A stretch of 64,000 nucleotides of DNA. Source: Antedon mediterranea. Its lineage: Eukaryota > Animalia > Echinodermata. The stretch's first letter is position 1; each line of letters starts with the position of its first letter. Shown one piece after another: positions 13,501 to 27,066 of this stretch. The notes beneath the pieces are model-generated. The model searched no databases. It had not been told where the DNA came from and was given only the letters and a program-made list of their open reading frames with translations. The stretch spans positions 7,400,101 to 7,464,100 of the forward strand of contig NC_092677.1 of the NCBI RefSeq assembly GCF_964355755.1, in the 5' to 3' direction. A program made the position numbers and the translations under genes.

Positions 13501-16500
13501 CGGAATGAACTATTATGTGCGTTATATCTACATTTAAATCATGTGTTTTCGGTTAGTCCGACATATGTTTCAGCTTTATAATCACTATTTGTTGTTACTG
13601 TAGCCTGATAAACAACACCACTGGTTAGGCATTTCCCATCTAATGGGCATTCATTTCGACAGTTGCATTGCTTGATGTTATCACAGGGCATATCATTACG
13701 TAATACATTTTTGTTGTGGGCCGATATTACAGACCCTATATTAGGCATGCAGCTATAGCTGATTTTAATGGTGTTTCTGTTAAATATTTTTCTTAGCTCA
13801 TGGTTATGTGGAAAACATTCATCTACAGTCTTTAAGAACTCTACATTTTGTATCGAGCACTTTCGCTTTCATGACCTGGGTTAAATTTACCACGATTTAT
13901 ATATATATATATAATATTCAGAATTTCAAAGCAAAATTAGCATATATATTACACATGATTAATTGCTGCATGAGTATTAAGATGAACTAGGTTAGTCATG
14001 AATATTTATAAGTTAATGTCATGAATATTTATAAGTTAATGTCATGAATATTTTATAAGTACAACATTTTGAAATTTATTAAAACTTGTATATAATACTT
14101 TATAAAAATTAATTTTAATTGCGGCACGAGTATTAAGATGAAGTAGGTTAGTCATGAATATTTATAAATTAATTTCATGAATATTTATAAGTACATTATT
14201 TTGAAATGATTTAAAAATGAATATAAAATACTTTCTCTAAAATGAGGGATCTGAAATACTATACCATTACAGTAGAAATTCATACAAATACAGCTGTTAG
14301 TAATGCAAGTATTTTTATATGTTAGGACAACAATGAAGTTAGGCCTGCTGTGGTGGTGTATCCAGTTCAGACAGGGAGGGTTGAGGGTGCTTTTTAAATT
14401 TAGTATATACATGTACACATGTATATAAATATGGGATTTCCAGTTTAAATGTACTTTTTCCTTCATGCATGTGTACATAGGACTGCACCAATGAGCATAC
14501 AAGCCATAATTCGTCGGAAAACTTTTGAATGGACCATGGCCATATCAAGGCAATCTAACAACAGGATGCTGAGCTCCAGAGATCAAAGGGTTTGTCTGTG
14601 GCTGAGACATGATCAGTTCCATCCCCACTTAACAGACACTGTGCTCCGTGGAGAATATGTACATAGTACAGTACTGTTGGTATTTGTCACAGCCAGACAT
14701 AAGATCAAAGGATTGTTATGAGTTCCTATCTTGGCAAGGCGAGCTCAGTGTCCTGTTGTTAGATCACACTATGTTATGAGAAAAACTAGAAACTAAATTT
14801 TACCATCCAAGTGAACAGTAGATAAAAGAATTAAGTGAAATTAAATTAAGTGATTGATGAATATGGCCACAGCTTTTGCACCCAGCACCTTGTTCCCCAC
14901 ACCCCTCTCCCATGCTGAGTTTCTGGATTTACCTGTGTATGACATGTTTAGCATTCCATAACCCGTGTTGAAATATGCTTTGATTTTGAGGTGCCTAACA
15001 CATATAATAACTTACATCGAATATGTTTAACTGGTCACTTAGACCCTGGTCAACTGACATTTCCTGTTTAGTATTGTCAAATAAAATAATTACATAAAAT
15101 AATCAAACATAAATAACGAAAAAACAGAAAGAAAACTGAAAACATTCTTGCATAATCAAAATATAATAATAATTTGAAATAACAAAATTTAAAATATACT
15201 AAAAACAAATATACAAATAATTTAATATAAATAATTTAACATATTATAATATAAATTGTGATCAAATAGCAAGAAAATTGAATACAAAATGAATATTAAA
15301 AATGCAACAAAAAATCACTAATAGTTTGGAATACTGACAACCAAATGTAATGTAATTCAGTTTAAAGTTAACAAATTACCTTAAAAACTGGTGATTTTTC
15401 TGTGTCTATCTTCATTGGTTTCCCACTTGTCTGAAAATAATGTATATTAATGATTAAAATAGTAAACAAGTAAAGAATATTGTTGAGTTGAGCTAAAAAG
15501 TTAAAACAATAAAGTGACTTGAATCTATTTTGAAACCGTATTTCATGCGTTGAACAATAGATGCTTGGTTCCAACTAGAGAAGCAACATATAGTTATTTG
15601 ACCAATCACGCATGCTGGATTATTTTATCTTCTTGTCATTGGTCAACTTGCTTGCGTTGCATTACGTCCCTGTGTTGTGTCTCTAGTGGGAACCAAGCCT
15701 AGGCAATCTGTTAAGTTCTGTTCAGTTGCTTGAAAGTTGACAACAATTTTTATTTTGAGTTGAGATACTTTTAATTTCAGTTCAACATAAGTCTACTTTA
15801 AGGTCGCCTAACAGGAACATAAGAATCCACACATGAATTACCTCAATAATAATATTGCCATTGAAGTATGCTTGGCCAAGTTTACAGAAATCTGGGAAGG
15901 TTTCTTGTAGTATGTCTAAGAGTTCTTCAAGGAATAGAACTTTGCGTGGAAGAACAAATTTACCATCTAAAAAAAAATTCAATTTTTGTTGTAAAATTGT
16001 CCTATTAAAAAGCATTTATTCAAAACTATACATTTTGATATTTGTAAAAAGATTAAAATTGTAAAAATATACATATACATATTTTTAAGAATGTTCGAAT
16101 ATATATTTCATAAAACTTTTGTACTTATTAATTATATGTTTCTTTTTGTGACCTTCATGACTTTGGCAAAGTAAAATATTTCATGTCTTTCAAGACCAGG
16201 AAAATATTTGATTAAATGCCTTAATTTCCAGGTTGTCAAAGACACATATGAACCCTAGTATTAAATTTGTCAGGATTCCAAAGTATTAACTTTGTTGGCT
16301 TTCTGTCTTACTCTGCAAAATTCTGACTGACTTATTCCCACTCTTTTACAAATATGGACATTAAAATCTAATGAAATGACATATGGAAGGTTGTGCTTAA
16401 TCATTCCATTCTAGTAAAAGACATTACCATGGCAACGCACCTGACATATCGCATTCAGCAGAAATGGTACCAGCTCCTATTCAAAATCAGCATAGAGCAG

Positions 16501-19500
16501 AAACAAAAACGATGCAGAAAATAAAATATTATAAAACAAAATAGTACAAAACGAAAAATACAGTCAAGCAAATGGTAAGTATTTATTATATATATATAGA
16601 AATCAAATTATATCGGAGCAATCATAATGCAATATTAAAAATGGTTAAGGAAGATCATGCATGATTAATAAGAAAACAAGGCATTAACATAAGAAAGACT
16701 GGCCCAATTGCAAATGTTTATAATATATGCTTAGAATTTAAATCATATTTCAATTGGAAAACATGGTACCAAGCCTGTAGCCAGTGGGGGTCAAACAAAC
16801 CACATTTTCATGAAGAGCTCTTTTCAAAGTAGTAGGGTACATCAGTGAATGTGCTAGTAACTAGGCCTAGCTTATGAAGTTTTTGGGCAATCCTACTAAG
16901 CTAGACATAAAAACAATATTTTTCTTCAGTAGCCTCTCCTCCATTTTTGTAGTGTTTTTTATGCTTGTGCTTCCCTCTCCTACCAACTTTTTTTAGAGTA
17001 AAAATACTGGCTTTAGTATTGCATTTTAGTTGTAAGTCTGGATAAAAGGTCCCTACCTCATCTTATAATTGTCTGATGGCGCATAACATACCTGGACGCT
17101 GCCTGCTGTCTGATGCGACGATTCGGATCATCTGCGTATTACACGTTTGCTCTGTCACTATACTACACTCCCCTTTGTATTGCAAATTTAATTTTTAACA
17201 AAAAAAAATATATATTGACATAGGTAAATAAATACAGTGATAAGTTTAGTATTTAACAGATCTTTCCATTAATTTATCAGTGTAATGCAATTAAAAGTGA
17301 AGACAAACAAATTATTAACTTAGAGTGTTCAGTCCTTAATGGTAAGGAATCATGTCAAAATTCTAATGCAATTACTGCAGTAACTACTTTTTTTAAAGCA
17401 AAAATTTATTTTTAAATGGTTGTTTCCATGTACAAGTTTATGAGGCAGTCACTGCATGTATGCTAAAAGTTTACTAATTGCACAAACAAGGTTAAAAGGT
17501 AAACAAAATATAGTTACTGCAATAGAATCATTTTGACATAGTCCCTAGAGGTATATGCTTTAGAGTGTTTAGTTGCTGTCTCACAACTTCACCAGCATGT
17601 GCCAGAAAGCTGTATGGAGTGTCTGTTCGAATCTTACAAGAGTGATTTTTATTCCTTACCCATCTGTAAGTGGTTGTCCTTGCACGTGTGTAGTAGGCTC
17701 ATAAGCCATGTCTGTTGGTTATTGATACAATCCCATGCTGGATCTCCAGGGGCCTCTAGTTCAACAAGATACCTATTCAAAATCAAAGTTTAGAAATACA
17801 AAAAAACAGGTATTTCATAACTATATGAAACCCAATTTATATGCCCAAAGATGTTGTTTAGAGCCTAATCATCAGGTTTTGACTCAAATCCATTTCGTGC
17901 ATATTATTATAGAAGGTGTCATAAATAAAAAATAAACACTAGCTTCTATTCTGAAATCAATCATAAATATTGTCACAGTGTCATATTTAATTTGAATTAA
18001 AAACTCACTTGATTAATTTCTTCTGATCATCCATTGTTGATGGTAACTCCATTAGCCTTTTTCTTAGTTGCTCTCTGAACAGTATTATCTTATTCTCAAC
18101 CTCTTCATAGACTAAAAATGACATAGCATATATTTTTCTAACGTAAAACATGCTAATTTTAAACTATATGCAGACTTTAGATTCTAATTTTTTAACACAA
18201 AACATGTTGATAATGATAACAAATTACATTTATATTTGTATGTTAAGCATTTGTCAGATCAAAAACCATCACTCTGACCTACTACCACAAAAAAATCTCT
18301 TTTGATTGACCTTAAAGACCCCTTCCCTGCAATTTTGGACGTTTTTTGGAAAATAATACATATATATCACTTTAAAAACATTAAACCATGTCAGGAGTCT
18401 TCCATTTGTTTTGGCCTCACGATCGATCGAAAAGTGGGCGAATTACAGGTGAAAAACAAAAATATCAATCCGCGCGCAATGCATTTTGGGATTTATAGCG
18501 GGCCGCTATAATTATTAGAATCGACTTATTTTTCACATTTTTAACCGTTTAAAGACGAAAAAAGTTATCGCAATAGGACCATATAGTATTATTTTTACAT
18601 TAAATATAGTTTGTGATCTTAAATTAGATCTAAAAAACGTAGGGAAGGGGGCTTTAACTGTATAATGCATTCCCATTACAGTAAAACCCATTTTGAGGAA
18701 ACATCTTTGTGAATAGGGATGTTCCAAAGGAGGGGTTCTTCTTCAATGAAAACTTGAGCAGAAAAAGATGAAAATATGACTTACTTTGTTTAAACACAGT
18801 TACAGTGGTTGAGGCAAATAAAGATTTGGCTTTAGCATAATCATTAATAACAACCTCATATTCACCCTAAAAAAAAAAAATCAACAAAAACGTATGTATG
18901 AGCAGGAAAGAATGAAATTTCACTCTTCTCTTCTATAAGCTGTTGCTCGTTCCTGATGTGAAGACATTAAGATTTTTGTTACTATTGATTACTATATCCA
19001 TACACATACAGTAGGGTATCAAAATTACCACAATTGTACTGCTCAGAAATATTATGACACGTCAAAGTTAACCACCATCTTTGATCCAATACAACAGCCA
19101 AAATTTGATTTAAATTTCTAACTTTTTTTTTAGTAATGGGGATGACAGACTCCCAGAATTTGTACTAGGAAGGTTTTAAATAAATAAAACTGCCCTGGAG
19201 TAATGAGTGGGAGGTTTAATTATTTAAATAGAAATGATTCTCTTACACTCTGAATATTCCTTTCAATGTTGATTGGCAGATGAAAGAGAAACTTAAAGCG
19301 ATTGAGCACGTTCAGGGCATTTCTAGTTGAATCAGCCAAAGCCTTATTTCTTAAGATCTTGTGAAATATCTTCTGAGCACTTTCATCACATTCTATTTGA
19401 TACATAATATTAAAAAAGAAGTAGTTCATTTATGTAGTTTCTAATTATTCTGAGAGGTAAATAATGAGAAATTATACTTTGATGTAAGCTTGTCTAATAT

Positions 19501-21981
19501 AAGTGTAAATACTCAAGTTTGAGATCCAATAGTTTACTCAAGGGGCTGGCTTCAATTGATATTGTGATATGTGGAGATGACAGTATTGAGAATCGGGTGG
19601 ATTCGGGCAGACAACGTTTAAGAAAGTTTACTTGGAAAATTCTATCCAGGTTACTGAATTACTCACCAACAAGTAGGCCTTCAAGGTGGGCTGTTGGTGC
19701 TTTGGTTTCAGGGTTCTCAGCTATCTCATCAGCCATTAGGCTACTGTGGATTGCTAATAAAAACAGAAAGTTATAATAGCACTTGTTTTTGTCGTGCTAA
19801 ACCACTTCATCACTATGCCTACCTGCCCAAATTTAAAATGGGAGATACTGTATGGACAATTATTATTATTATAAACACTATGAACTTATTTTTTAGGAAT
19901 AAAAATCCTAAATCTAGTATTCAAATTAAGATATAAAATTTGGATTGATTTCTGTTTCTTGTGTCCTAAAAACCTTGTAATTGAAATTCCAGTATTTTTA
20001 TGACTACCTACTTGTAAGTATGTCCTGACAGTTCATAAATGTACCCAAATTGGTTTTAATAAAACCCTGCGGACCTTCTGTCTTCTGATTCGCTGACTGC
20101 TTTCTTAAATGAACCAATCCAGCTTTCAGATCTTCAAAGCTGTTAAATATATAATGTTTATATTCAATTTCGGATCTTAACATTTTTTTTTTTTTTTTTT
20201 TTTTTAATGCTTATTCTATACATCAGTTGAAAACCTTTATATGATATTGGACAAATAGCTTTGATTGCATAAATTAATTAAATGAATGAATATGCAAATT
20301 ATTTCCAAGTGGTGTTGTACCTTGTAGCATTATGATTTTCAATTAAAAACCATACTGGTTCAAAAGACTTCGAAGAAAAATGTCCACAACCTAAATGACA
20401 ATAAAACAGTTTGTTAAAACTTTCAATTACAGCAAGTTTTTGAAACAACAGATAAAAACAGCCAAACTGGTGAACATTTTATCTTCAGGGACGGATCCAA
20501 GATTTTTTAAACACTAACATAATACTAATAGTCTATTACTATGTCAAATATAGGTATCAAAAAGTAGTTAATAATTTAAGTTAAGCTTTCAAAAAAGGTG
20601 GTGTGTGTGCATGCCTAGCACAACCCACTGAATCCACTTCTGCTGTTATCTCTTACTATAAAAAATCAGTAAGCCTATGAAAGAAACAAATGCTCAGACA
20701 TCAATCATGTATTAATTATATATATTTATTATATAATCATATCATATTACAATTGGTTTATTGTAGATGGAGGAGGAACTTATTTCTTCATGAATATTTA
20801 TGAGAAATAAATAATTTACTTACCTCCTGGAAACATTTTTGTTAATTCATCATCTGTAAATTGTCTACCAAATAAAGAAATGAGTGAAATATTTTTTCAA
20901 AATATGCATGTTTTAATATAAAAATATAATAATTTTTAATGGCAAATTGAGAGGAACCGAGATCAAATCACTTATTCAATTATTTATTTATTGACTCTCA
21001 CCGTACGTTACAGTATTGTCGTATAACACACAGATAAACAAATAAAACACAGACAAAATATGTTTACACAAAATATAAATAAGATATTCATTAAATTAAT
21101 TCTATAAAATATATATATATTATACACTTACAAAGGACTCTCAACAGAAAGACCTAATGGATCATCTCGATTTCCAACATGAAGGGGAGATGACGGCCGA
21201 CTAACGCTTCCGATACGTTTCTCAAACTGCATTGGTTCATCAACCCAAATTGCCACTTCTTGTAGCGAGGATGGTATGATATTCAATCCTCGGAACTTTA
21301 CTGTGCTTGTTCCGATACCACCTGACTTGGTTGCAACAATGACGTCTCCATTGCCCTTGCAGTTGGTGGTGCGACAGACAATCTTGGATGGCGAATGCCA
21401 CTCGGCAGTTAACAATACATTTGAATTGCAGATGTATAAACCTTTAAAGAAAACAGTGTCACAAAAATAGAAACTTCTTAAATTTGACACCTTACCAACC
21501 ACTAAATGTACAATTTCTCTTGATTCTTTGGAATATAAAAAAACAATCACGGTAATATATAATAATAAAATCTTTATTTTAAAATGAAGGCTCGTTTATA
21601 ACAAAATGTGTTCTTCCACAAGGCCACATCAATTTATTATTTGCTTCTAGGCCTACTATGACTTAGTTTGATAACAAAGGCAAACATTTATTTGCAAGCA
21701 CATTTTTCTGCCTGGAAGGCACTTGGCATACACATTGTTTAGAAAAGGCTGAATGATTTATTAAAAAAAAGAAGTACCCTATTGTTTGGCCATGTTTCCC
21801 TACATCAAAAGTGGACTGGACACTTTCATTTAAGAATAATATTTTGATACCAACCTAGTAAATCTTTTGCACTGTTACCAAGATTTTCACCACGAATTGT
21901 TACTTTAGTTCCAGGTGGACCTTGATTTGGTGACAAACCTGTAACCTTTGGTGGAACCTTAACGCCCTTCTTATTTGTCAT
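7566..21981 (-). CDS. EXOC2: Exocyst complex component 2 (Sec5), multi-exon, complete
   Basis: Exons 21855-21981 ([35 protein letters not shown]) and 21132-21441 ([16 protein letters not shown]...[20 protein letters not shown]) form the IPT/TIG Ral-binding domain. Internal exons include ~19250-19390 ([31 protein letters not shown]), ~8966-9107 ([10 protein letters not shown]) and ~8148-8389 (VRNYVKEA...IHAEI...[13 protein letters not shown]). The last exon reads [24 protein letters not shown] with TGA at 7566-7568. A probable non-coding first exon has its donor near 23001. Confidence 0.95.
10701..10881. mobile_element. MITE with long terminal inverted repeats (family also at ~15570-15700 and 53519-53690)
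   Basis: AAGCTTGGTTCCCACTAGAACGTAACGCAAGGACGTAA ... TTACGTCCTTGCGTTGCGTAGCTAGTGGGTACCACGCTT; a near-identical inverted copy lies at 53519-53690. Confidence 0.8.
12831..12992 (+). mobile_element. Dispersed ~160 bp Penelope-type pLTR fragment beginning with a minimal type I hammerhead ribozyme core
   Basis: CTGATGA-A-GGGC-TAGTGTT-GCCC-GAAA-GCT-C-TGC at 12833-12866. Homologous copies at ~31880-32050 (-), ~32528-32698 (+) and ~45018-45082 (-, partial). Flanked by (TA)n. Confidence 0.7.
13055..13098 (-). ncRNA. Type I hammerhead ribozyme motif in the 3' region of the Penelope-like element
   Basis: Minus strand GCAC-CTGAAGA-T-TGAG-TTCATA-CTCA-T-GAAA-CA-GCA-TG-TA-GTGC: conserved CUGANGA and GAAA boxes, stems I-III and a GUA cleavage triplet. 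Confidence 0.7.
13245..13850 (-). pseudogene. Penelope-like retroelement remnant: linker plus C-terminal GIY-YIG endonuclease, inactivated
   Basis: Translation [33 protein letters not shown]...[24 protein letters not shown]...[20 protein letters not shown]...*...[11 protein letters not shown]...[12 protein letters not shown]...[17 protein letters not shown] contains in-frame TGA and TAG stops. Lies in an EXOC2 intron between (TA)n tracts. Confidence 0.85.
13968..14230. repeat. Local tandem duplication (~156 bp) with internal ~22 bp repeats
   Basis: GAGTATTAAGATGAA.TAGGTTAGTCATGAATATTTATAA occurs at ~13972 and ~14128; GTCATGAATATTTATAAG is repeated within each unit. Confidence 0.7.
18316..18653. 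mobile_element. Non-autonomous DNA transposon with TTAA target-site duplication (Kolobok-like)
   Basis: TTAA|AGACCCCTTCCCT ... AGGGAAGGGGGCT|TTAA. AG...CT termini with a TTAA TSD fit Kolobok better than piggyBac. Confidence 0.7.
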
Positions 21982-22147
21982 GGTAAACCCTCTATGAAGA
22001 ATAAATACAAACCAATGTGACTACCAAAGTCTAAACAATGAAAACCCAACTTAAACAAATCATATTCATATTATAGAAATAATCCTTCCGTATGGTATTA
22101 TATATATTGGAATAATAAATATTTATTACAAAGTGGTTAGGATTCCA

Positions 22148-22208
22148 GCAGAATCAACGCAATTGATTCAGAATCAACGCAATTGATTCAGAATCAACGC
22201 AATTGATT
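22148..22208. repeat. Minisatellite, 3 x 20 bp
   Basis: CAGAATCAACGCAATTGATT repeated three times in tandem. Confidence 0.9.
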
Positions 22209-23039
22209 GGTCAATTGAAAATCCCTCATGCATGCAGATTTTTATAACCTCATGTTTAAAACCATTTTTCAAACTGGTTGACTGGCTTAGTGGTGTGGTA
22301 CTGCGGCTAGGGGTCTAGTGGTTTGGTTTTTTAAAATTGTCTTTTATTCACCATCATCTTTAGGCTTTATCCATCATCGTCCTTTACCCACCATTGATTG
22401 CCTAGAGGGATGTTTTTTTTTAGTTTTAGGTCTCAGTTCTCAGTGTTAGTTTCTGTCAGAATCTGTTACAATGGGCAGTTGAGTTCTGGAGCCAAAATCC
22501 TAACCACGGCGTATTTATTATCCAATTTAATAAACCCACACCTTATAAATTTCTGTTCATAAATACATACAAACAAACAATATCTAAGAAAAGCAATAAG
22601 TAAAGTCAAGATGTATCGTGACGGAAGTGTATCAAATTGTCATTGAGAGGCAACCGATACAATATGTCCAGACAGTACTCTACGTATGGTCCTATATTAA
22701 TAGATTAGATAATATAATATGATGATTACTACTACTATAGCCTAGAACTACTATCAGGCCTTAGCTAGGCTAGTTAGTAGTAGTACTAGCTAGCCTAGGC
22801 TAGGCTAGTACTACTTTATTTTATAGACATTATTTTCTACTATGATGAGTATGATGCCTAGCTAACTAGTAGGCTAGCTAGCCTACTAGTACTAGCCTAG
22901 GCTAGATAGTAAAGTATTAATATAAATAAACTAGACCTACTATCTAGGCAAGGCCTACACAAATACATTGAAAAAGACATGAACTATAACCATGAACTTA
23001 CTTTAAGTCTATAAATTGTTGAATGACATCTAAATCCTG

Positions 23040-23400
23040 ATTTTCTGACACCTTTGGGCCCTGTACATTTAGTTTGTTTTTATTTTTTCAGGAAACTAGA
23101 AAACGCCCTCAATTGACCTGGGGTATTTTTTATTCAATTTTATTTTATTTTTAAATGCTATAACCTAAATAAAACAAAACTAAATTATAAGTTTAATTCA
23201 TTGTTTTATTTATTATATCGCTTTTTATTATTTCTTGATAAAATTAAAATTTTATGATAATCTGACAAAAATAAAATTCATCATCTTCCTAACTTAGTGT
23301 TGAGGGCAGTTTCAATATGTCAGCCTCCACGTATCTGTGATCTGAATTTTATTGTTTTTTAAATGTAGGTAATTGTGAAGTTGCCATCATTTCGATTTAA
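23040..23400. promoter_or_regulatory. Putative bidirectional promoter of EXOC2 (-) and IMPACT (+)
   Basis: The probable EXOC2 non-coding exon donor (GTAAGT on minus near 23001) and the IMPACT ATG at 23400/23403 diverge ~400 bp apart around a very AT-rich core. Confidence 0.6.
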
Positions 23401-26400
23401 TGATGGCAACAGAAGACAATCTCACACGTCAGGTACATACTTCTGTTATATATTGATTATCACCATTAATTAAAAAGTAAAAGCTAGGCCTAGCTAGGCT
23501 AGGTCTCCAACAACAATACTTACTAGGCTAGCTAGCCAGGCTCTAGCTAGCTAGGCTAGTAGTAGGCCTACTAGGCTACACATATCATCATATCGGCCTG
23601 CTACTAGAGATTTAGGCTAGGCCTAGTAGTAGTAGCCTAATATAGGCAGCTAAGACTAGGCTAGAAAACAATATCAAATCTAAGATATAATTAATAGAGG
23701 GGTAGTATTATAGTATAGTAGGCCATAGCCTAGATTATAATTCATATTATTAATAAATATTTGCATTGCTTCTTGATTTTTTATTTTTTCAGGTTGAGGA
23801 GATTGAAGCATTAGCGGCCATCTACGGTGATGAATGGTGTGTTGTCGATGAAGTTAGTAGAATTTTCTGTATTGCTGTCACAGAAGGTTCTGAGAAAAAT
23901 ACCAGAAAAGTTTGTTTACAGGTGCGAACTGTTATTCTATGACCAACAATTTGTATTTGAATATATTAAATGGGTTAAAAAAAAATGATAATAAAGATTT
24001 TTCTTTGTTAAAAATGTCTTTCTAGGTAATGTTACCAGCAGAGTATCCATCATCAGAATGTCCAATTTACCAAATTAAGTAAGTAAATATAAATAAATTT
24101 ATCCTTTTTTCCGATGCAGAAAACACCTAAAATGTTTCTTTACGAGTGAATAAATGTCATAACTCATATTCACCGTTATAATTTTTACAATTGTTATCAA
24201 CCATATTTTTCAGTGCACCATGGTTAAGAGAAAAGGAAAGAATGGAGTTTTCTGAACGATTGTTACAAGTATGCCAGTAAGTTAAAAACACAGTGGTGTT
24301 ACTTAGGAATGTTAAGTTCCTCTACCCCAGTTTAGTTTCAACTTTGAACCCCAAGAAGCTATTATTAATTGCTTAAGTATCCTTATCTTAATATATATTG
24401 ATAAACATTGTATATATTTATAAGTATGTATTTGTATTTATTTATTATAGAGAAAATACTGGTGAATGTATGGTACACCTTCTGATTGAGAGTATTCGAG
24501 AATCCCTTATCATGACCGAGAATGTTGATAGCCACATAGGTGAACATTATTCTTATACGATTTTATAATGGAGTTCTATAGGTTTTTTTAAGCTCTTGTC
24601 CTTCTAGTGGTTACCATATAACTTTTGTTTTACAAAAACAATAATAGTGCAGTATTTCTGTTTTAGACTTGTTACCAGATCAACTAACAGTAATCACTCA
24701 GAACTTACCAGATACCCAAATTCAAGAAGGCAAGTGTAAACTAATAATATTAAAAATGATGTATTACTAATTATATATGCTTTGATTCAAAACAAAAGTA
24801 AAATTAACTGTTTATTTATTGTTTTAGATTTTGAAACACCTGAAATACATCATGGTGATGCTTTTACTGAAAGAAGGAGTACATTCCAAGCTCATTTTGC
24901 TCATGTCTACACACCCTCCCAGGTAATATCATCATTATTGTGTTCTTGAACTGTACCATGTAAATTTTCTGCAAAGGATGAAATGAAAATCTCTATTGGT
25001 ATTTGTAATATAACATAACTAACCTGTTAGTGGTGGTTTCATCGCTATTGGTTGTGAACTGAATAAAATAAAAATATGTTGCTGCTTTCAAAGATAATTG
25101 TAAAATCTGGTTAATTCTAGGTAAAGGAAGTTATAAAGAAACTTTATGAAAACCGAAAGATTGCAAATGCATCTCACAACATTGTGGCATATAGGTAATT
25201 AACATAAACAGTTTTTATCGTATTAAAAATTTAACAGATTTGTGTTTTGAATTAGCATTTATATGCAAATATAGATTTAGTAGAGAAAATGTGAACTGAA
25301 TGACATAATCCTAAGCTGTCACTGGTGACAAATACAGGTGAAGTTCATTTTATGTAAATTGTCACTGCCTTATTCATTTATACCAGGTGCCAACCTGTTG
25401 AATTGGTATTTATATGCAAATATATAAAAGAGCGAGTTATCGAGGTGTTTCTTTTATGTGAATTACCACATATTAATTCATATTATACTGTACTACTCTG
25501 TGGTCTGAATGGAATTATTGTGTTTATAGGATATTTTGTGAGGATCGAGGTACATTTATTCAAGATTGTGATGATGATGGTGAAACAGCGGCTGGAGGGA
25601 GAGTACTTCATCTTCTACAGGTAAGGAATCAATTAAATATGTAATAAATCATTAATAAATAAATTAATGATTAATAATGAATTTTCTGTTTATTTAAAAG
25701 GTTTTAAAAGCCTGATATATGTAATAAAAAAAAATATTCCTAGTTTCCTGGACTTTTTGAATTCTCACTCCCGAGGACGATCAAAGCATATTGAACGAAA
25801 CATTGAGAAACTTAACAGTTCTTTTCAGAACTAATATATGTGGTGTACCGCAAACTTTATATCGACAATTTTTTTTCAGATCCTTGATTTAAAAAATGTA
25901 CTCATGGTTGTGTCTAGGTGGTATGGTGGCATATTACTTGGACCTGATCGATTCAAACACATCAATAATTCAGCCAGAAACCTTATACAACAGCTCGGCC
26001 TTATAAACTCAAAGGTATATATAAATTGGAGTGTTTCTGACTTGTCTGTTGTTATTACTTGTACACTTACTTGTATACTTGTGTCTGGAAACAGCAAGGA
26101 TAAAGGCTAGGCAATTCTATGAGCCCCTCTTATAGTGAAAGTAATACAATGACTTGCTTTTTGTAGTGTACATCATTCCTAATCCTTTATTTATAAGGGA
26201 AAATAAGTTGATTGATTGATTTATTGATTACAGTACTGTTTAATATTTAAATATCATATTTTTATCTAATGTATGTACTAGATATGAATGATAAAAACTC
26301 TTTTTTTTTTAAATTTTTTTTTGTCTGTTATCTTGTCTTTTTGTATATGTTTTGAAATGAAATGAACAAAAAAATGAATCATAAAAATTCCTGTTAATTG

Positions 26401-27066
26401 ATAGCATCTTTATTTTCTATATGCCTCATTTTTTCCTGTTTCCACTTGATAAACCCATGGACTTTGTGTCTCTGAATTAATTGCTTTTTCTAATGATGTT
26501 TAGATTCCCGTGGTAGCCACTATGTTATGTTTACCAATGTACTTGAACAATAAAAGATTTTAATTATTTTCTGACAGTAGGCCTGAGAACTTCTCATCTG
26601 TTACTCCCATTGATATTTATAAACAAGTCAATCAATTTATTACCTATTTTATAGTGGGATGACATTTGTAGAGTGATATCAATTTAGATCATGATACTAC
26701 TTGCCTCCATTTAAACCCACTAAATTAAAACCATTTCTTAAATATTCTATACTCTCAATATGTGATATATGGAAATAATCTAGTTTCACTAGACAAAAAA
26801 AGTGTGATGTGCCCAAATATTATATCAACACATCACATTTGTCACATCAAGTTTGATACTAGTGTAGATGGAGATTTAGTAATCCTTTTTACGAGTGCCA
26901 CCACAACTTTTGATATTTTGATCATCATATATGAAACGCCATGTGTGCCAAAATGTTTATCTTTATACCAAATATAAGTAATTCGATTTAACTGTTTGAA
27001 GATTCTTTGTTTTTACAGTCAGACAACGCCAAAGTAAAGAAAAGCAAAGCTAAGAAGACAAGGTGA
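23400..27066 (+). CDS. IMPACT: Protein IMPACT (RWD domain + UPF0029/ancient domain), 11 exons
   Basis: Exons 23400-23432, 23793-23921, 24026-24078, 24214-24276, 24451-24539, 24667-24729, 24828-24922, 25121-25194, 25530-25620, 25880-26014 and 27019-27066 splice in frame. Motifs: QVEEIEALAAIYGDEW, TERRSTFQAH, KIANASHNIVAYRI, QDCDDDGETAAGGRVLHLL, VVSRWYGGILLGPDRFKHINN. Confidence 0.95.

Noticed and set aside
13539-13541. In-frame TGA in the Penelope endonuclease as selenocysteine (reported for some Naiad elements)
   Set aside because: It is not at a conserved Cys position, and a TAG stop follows 16 codons later, so this is a decayed copy.
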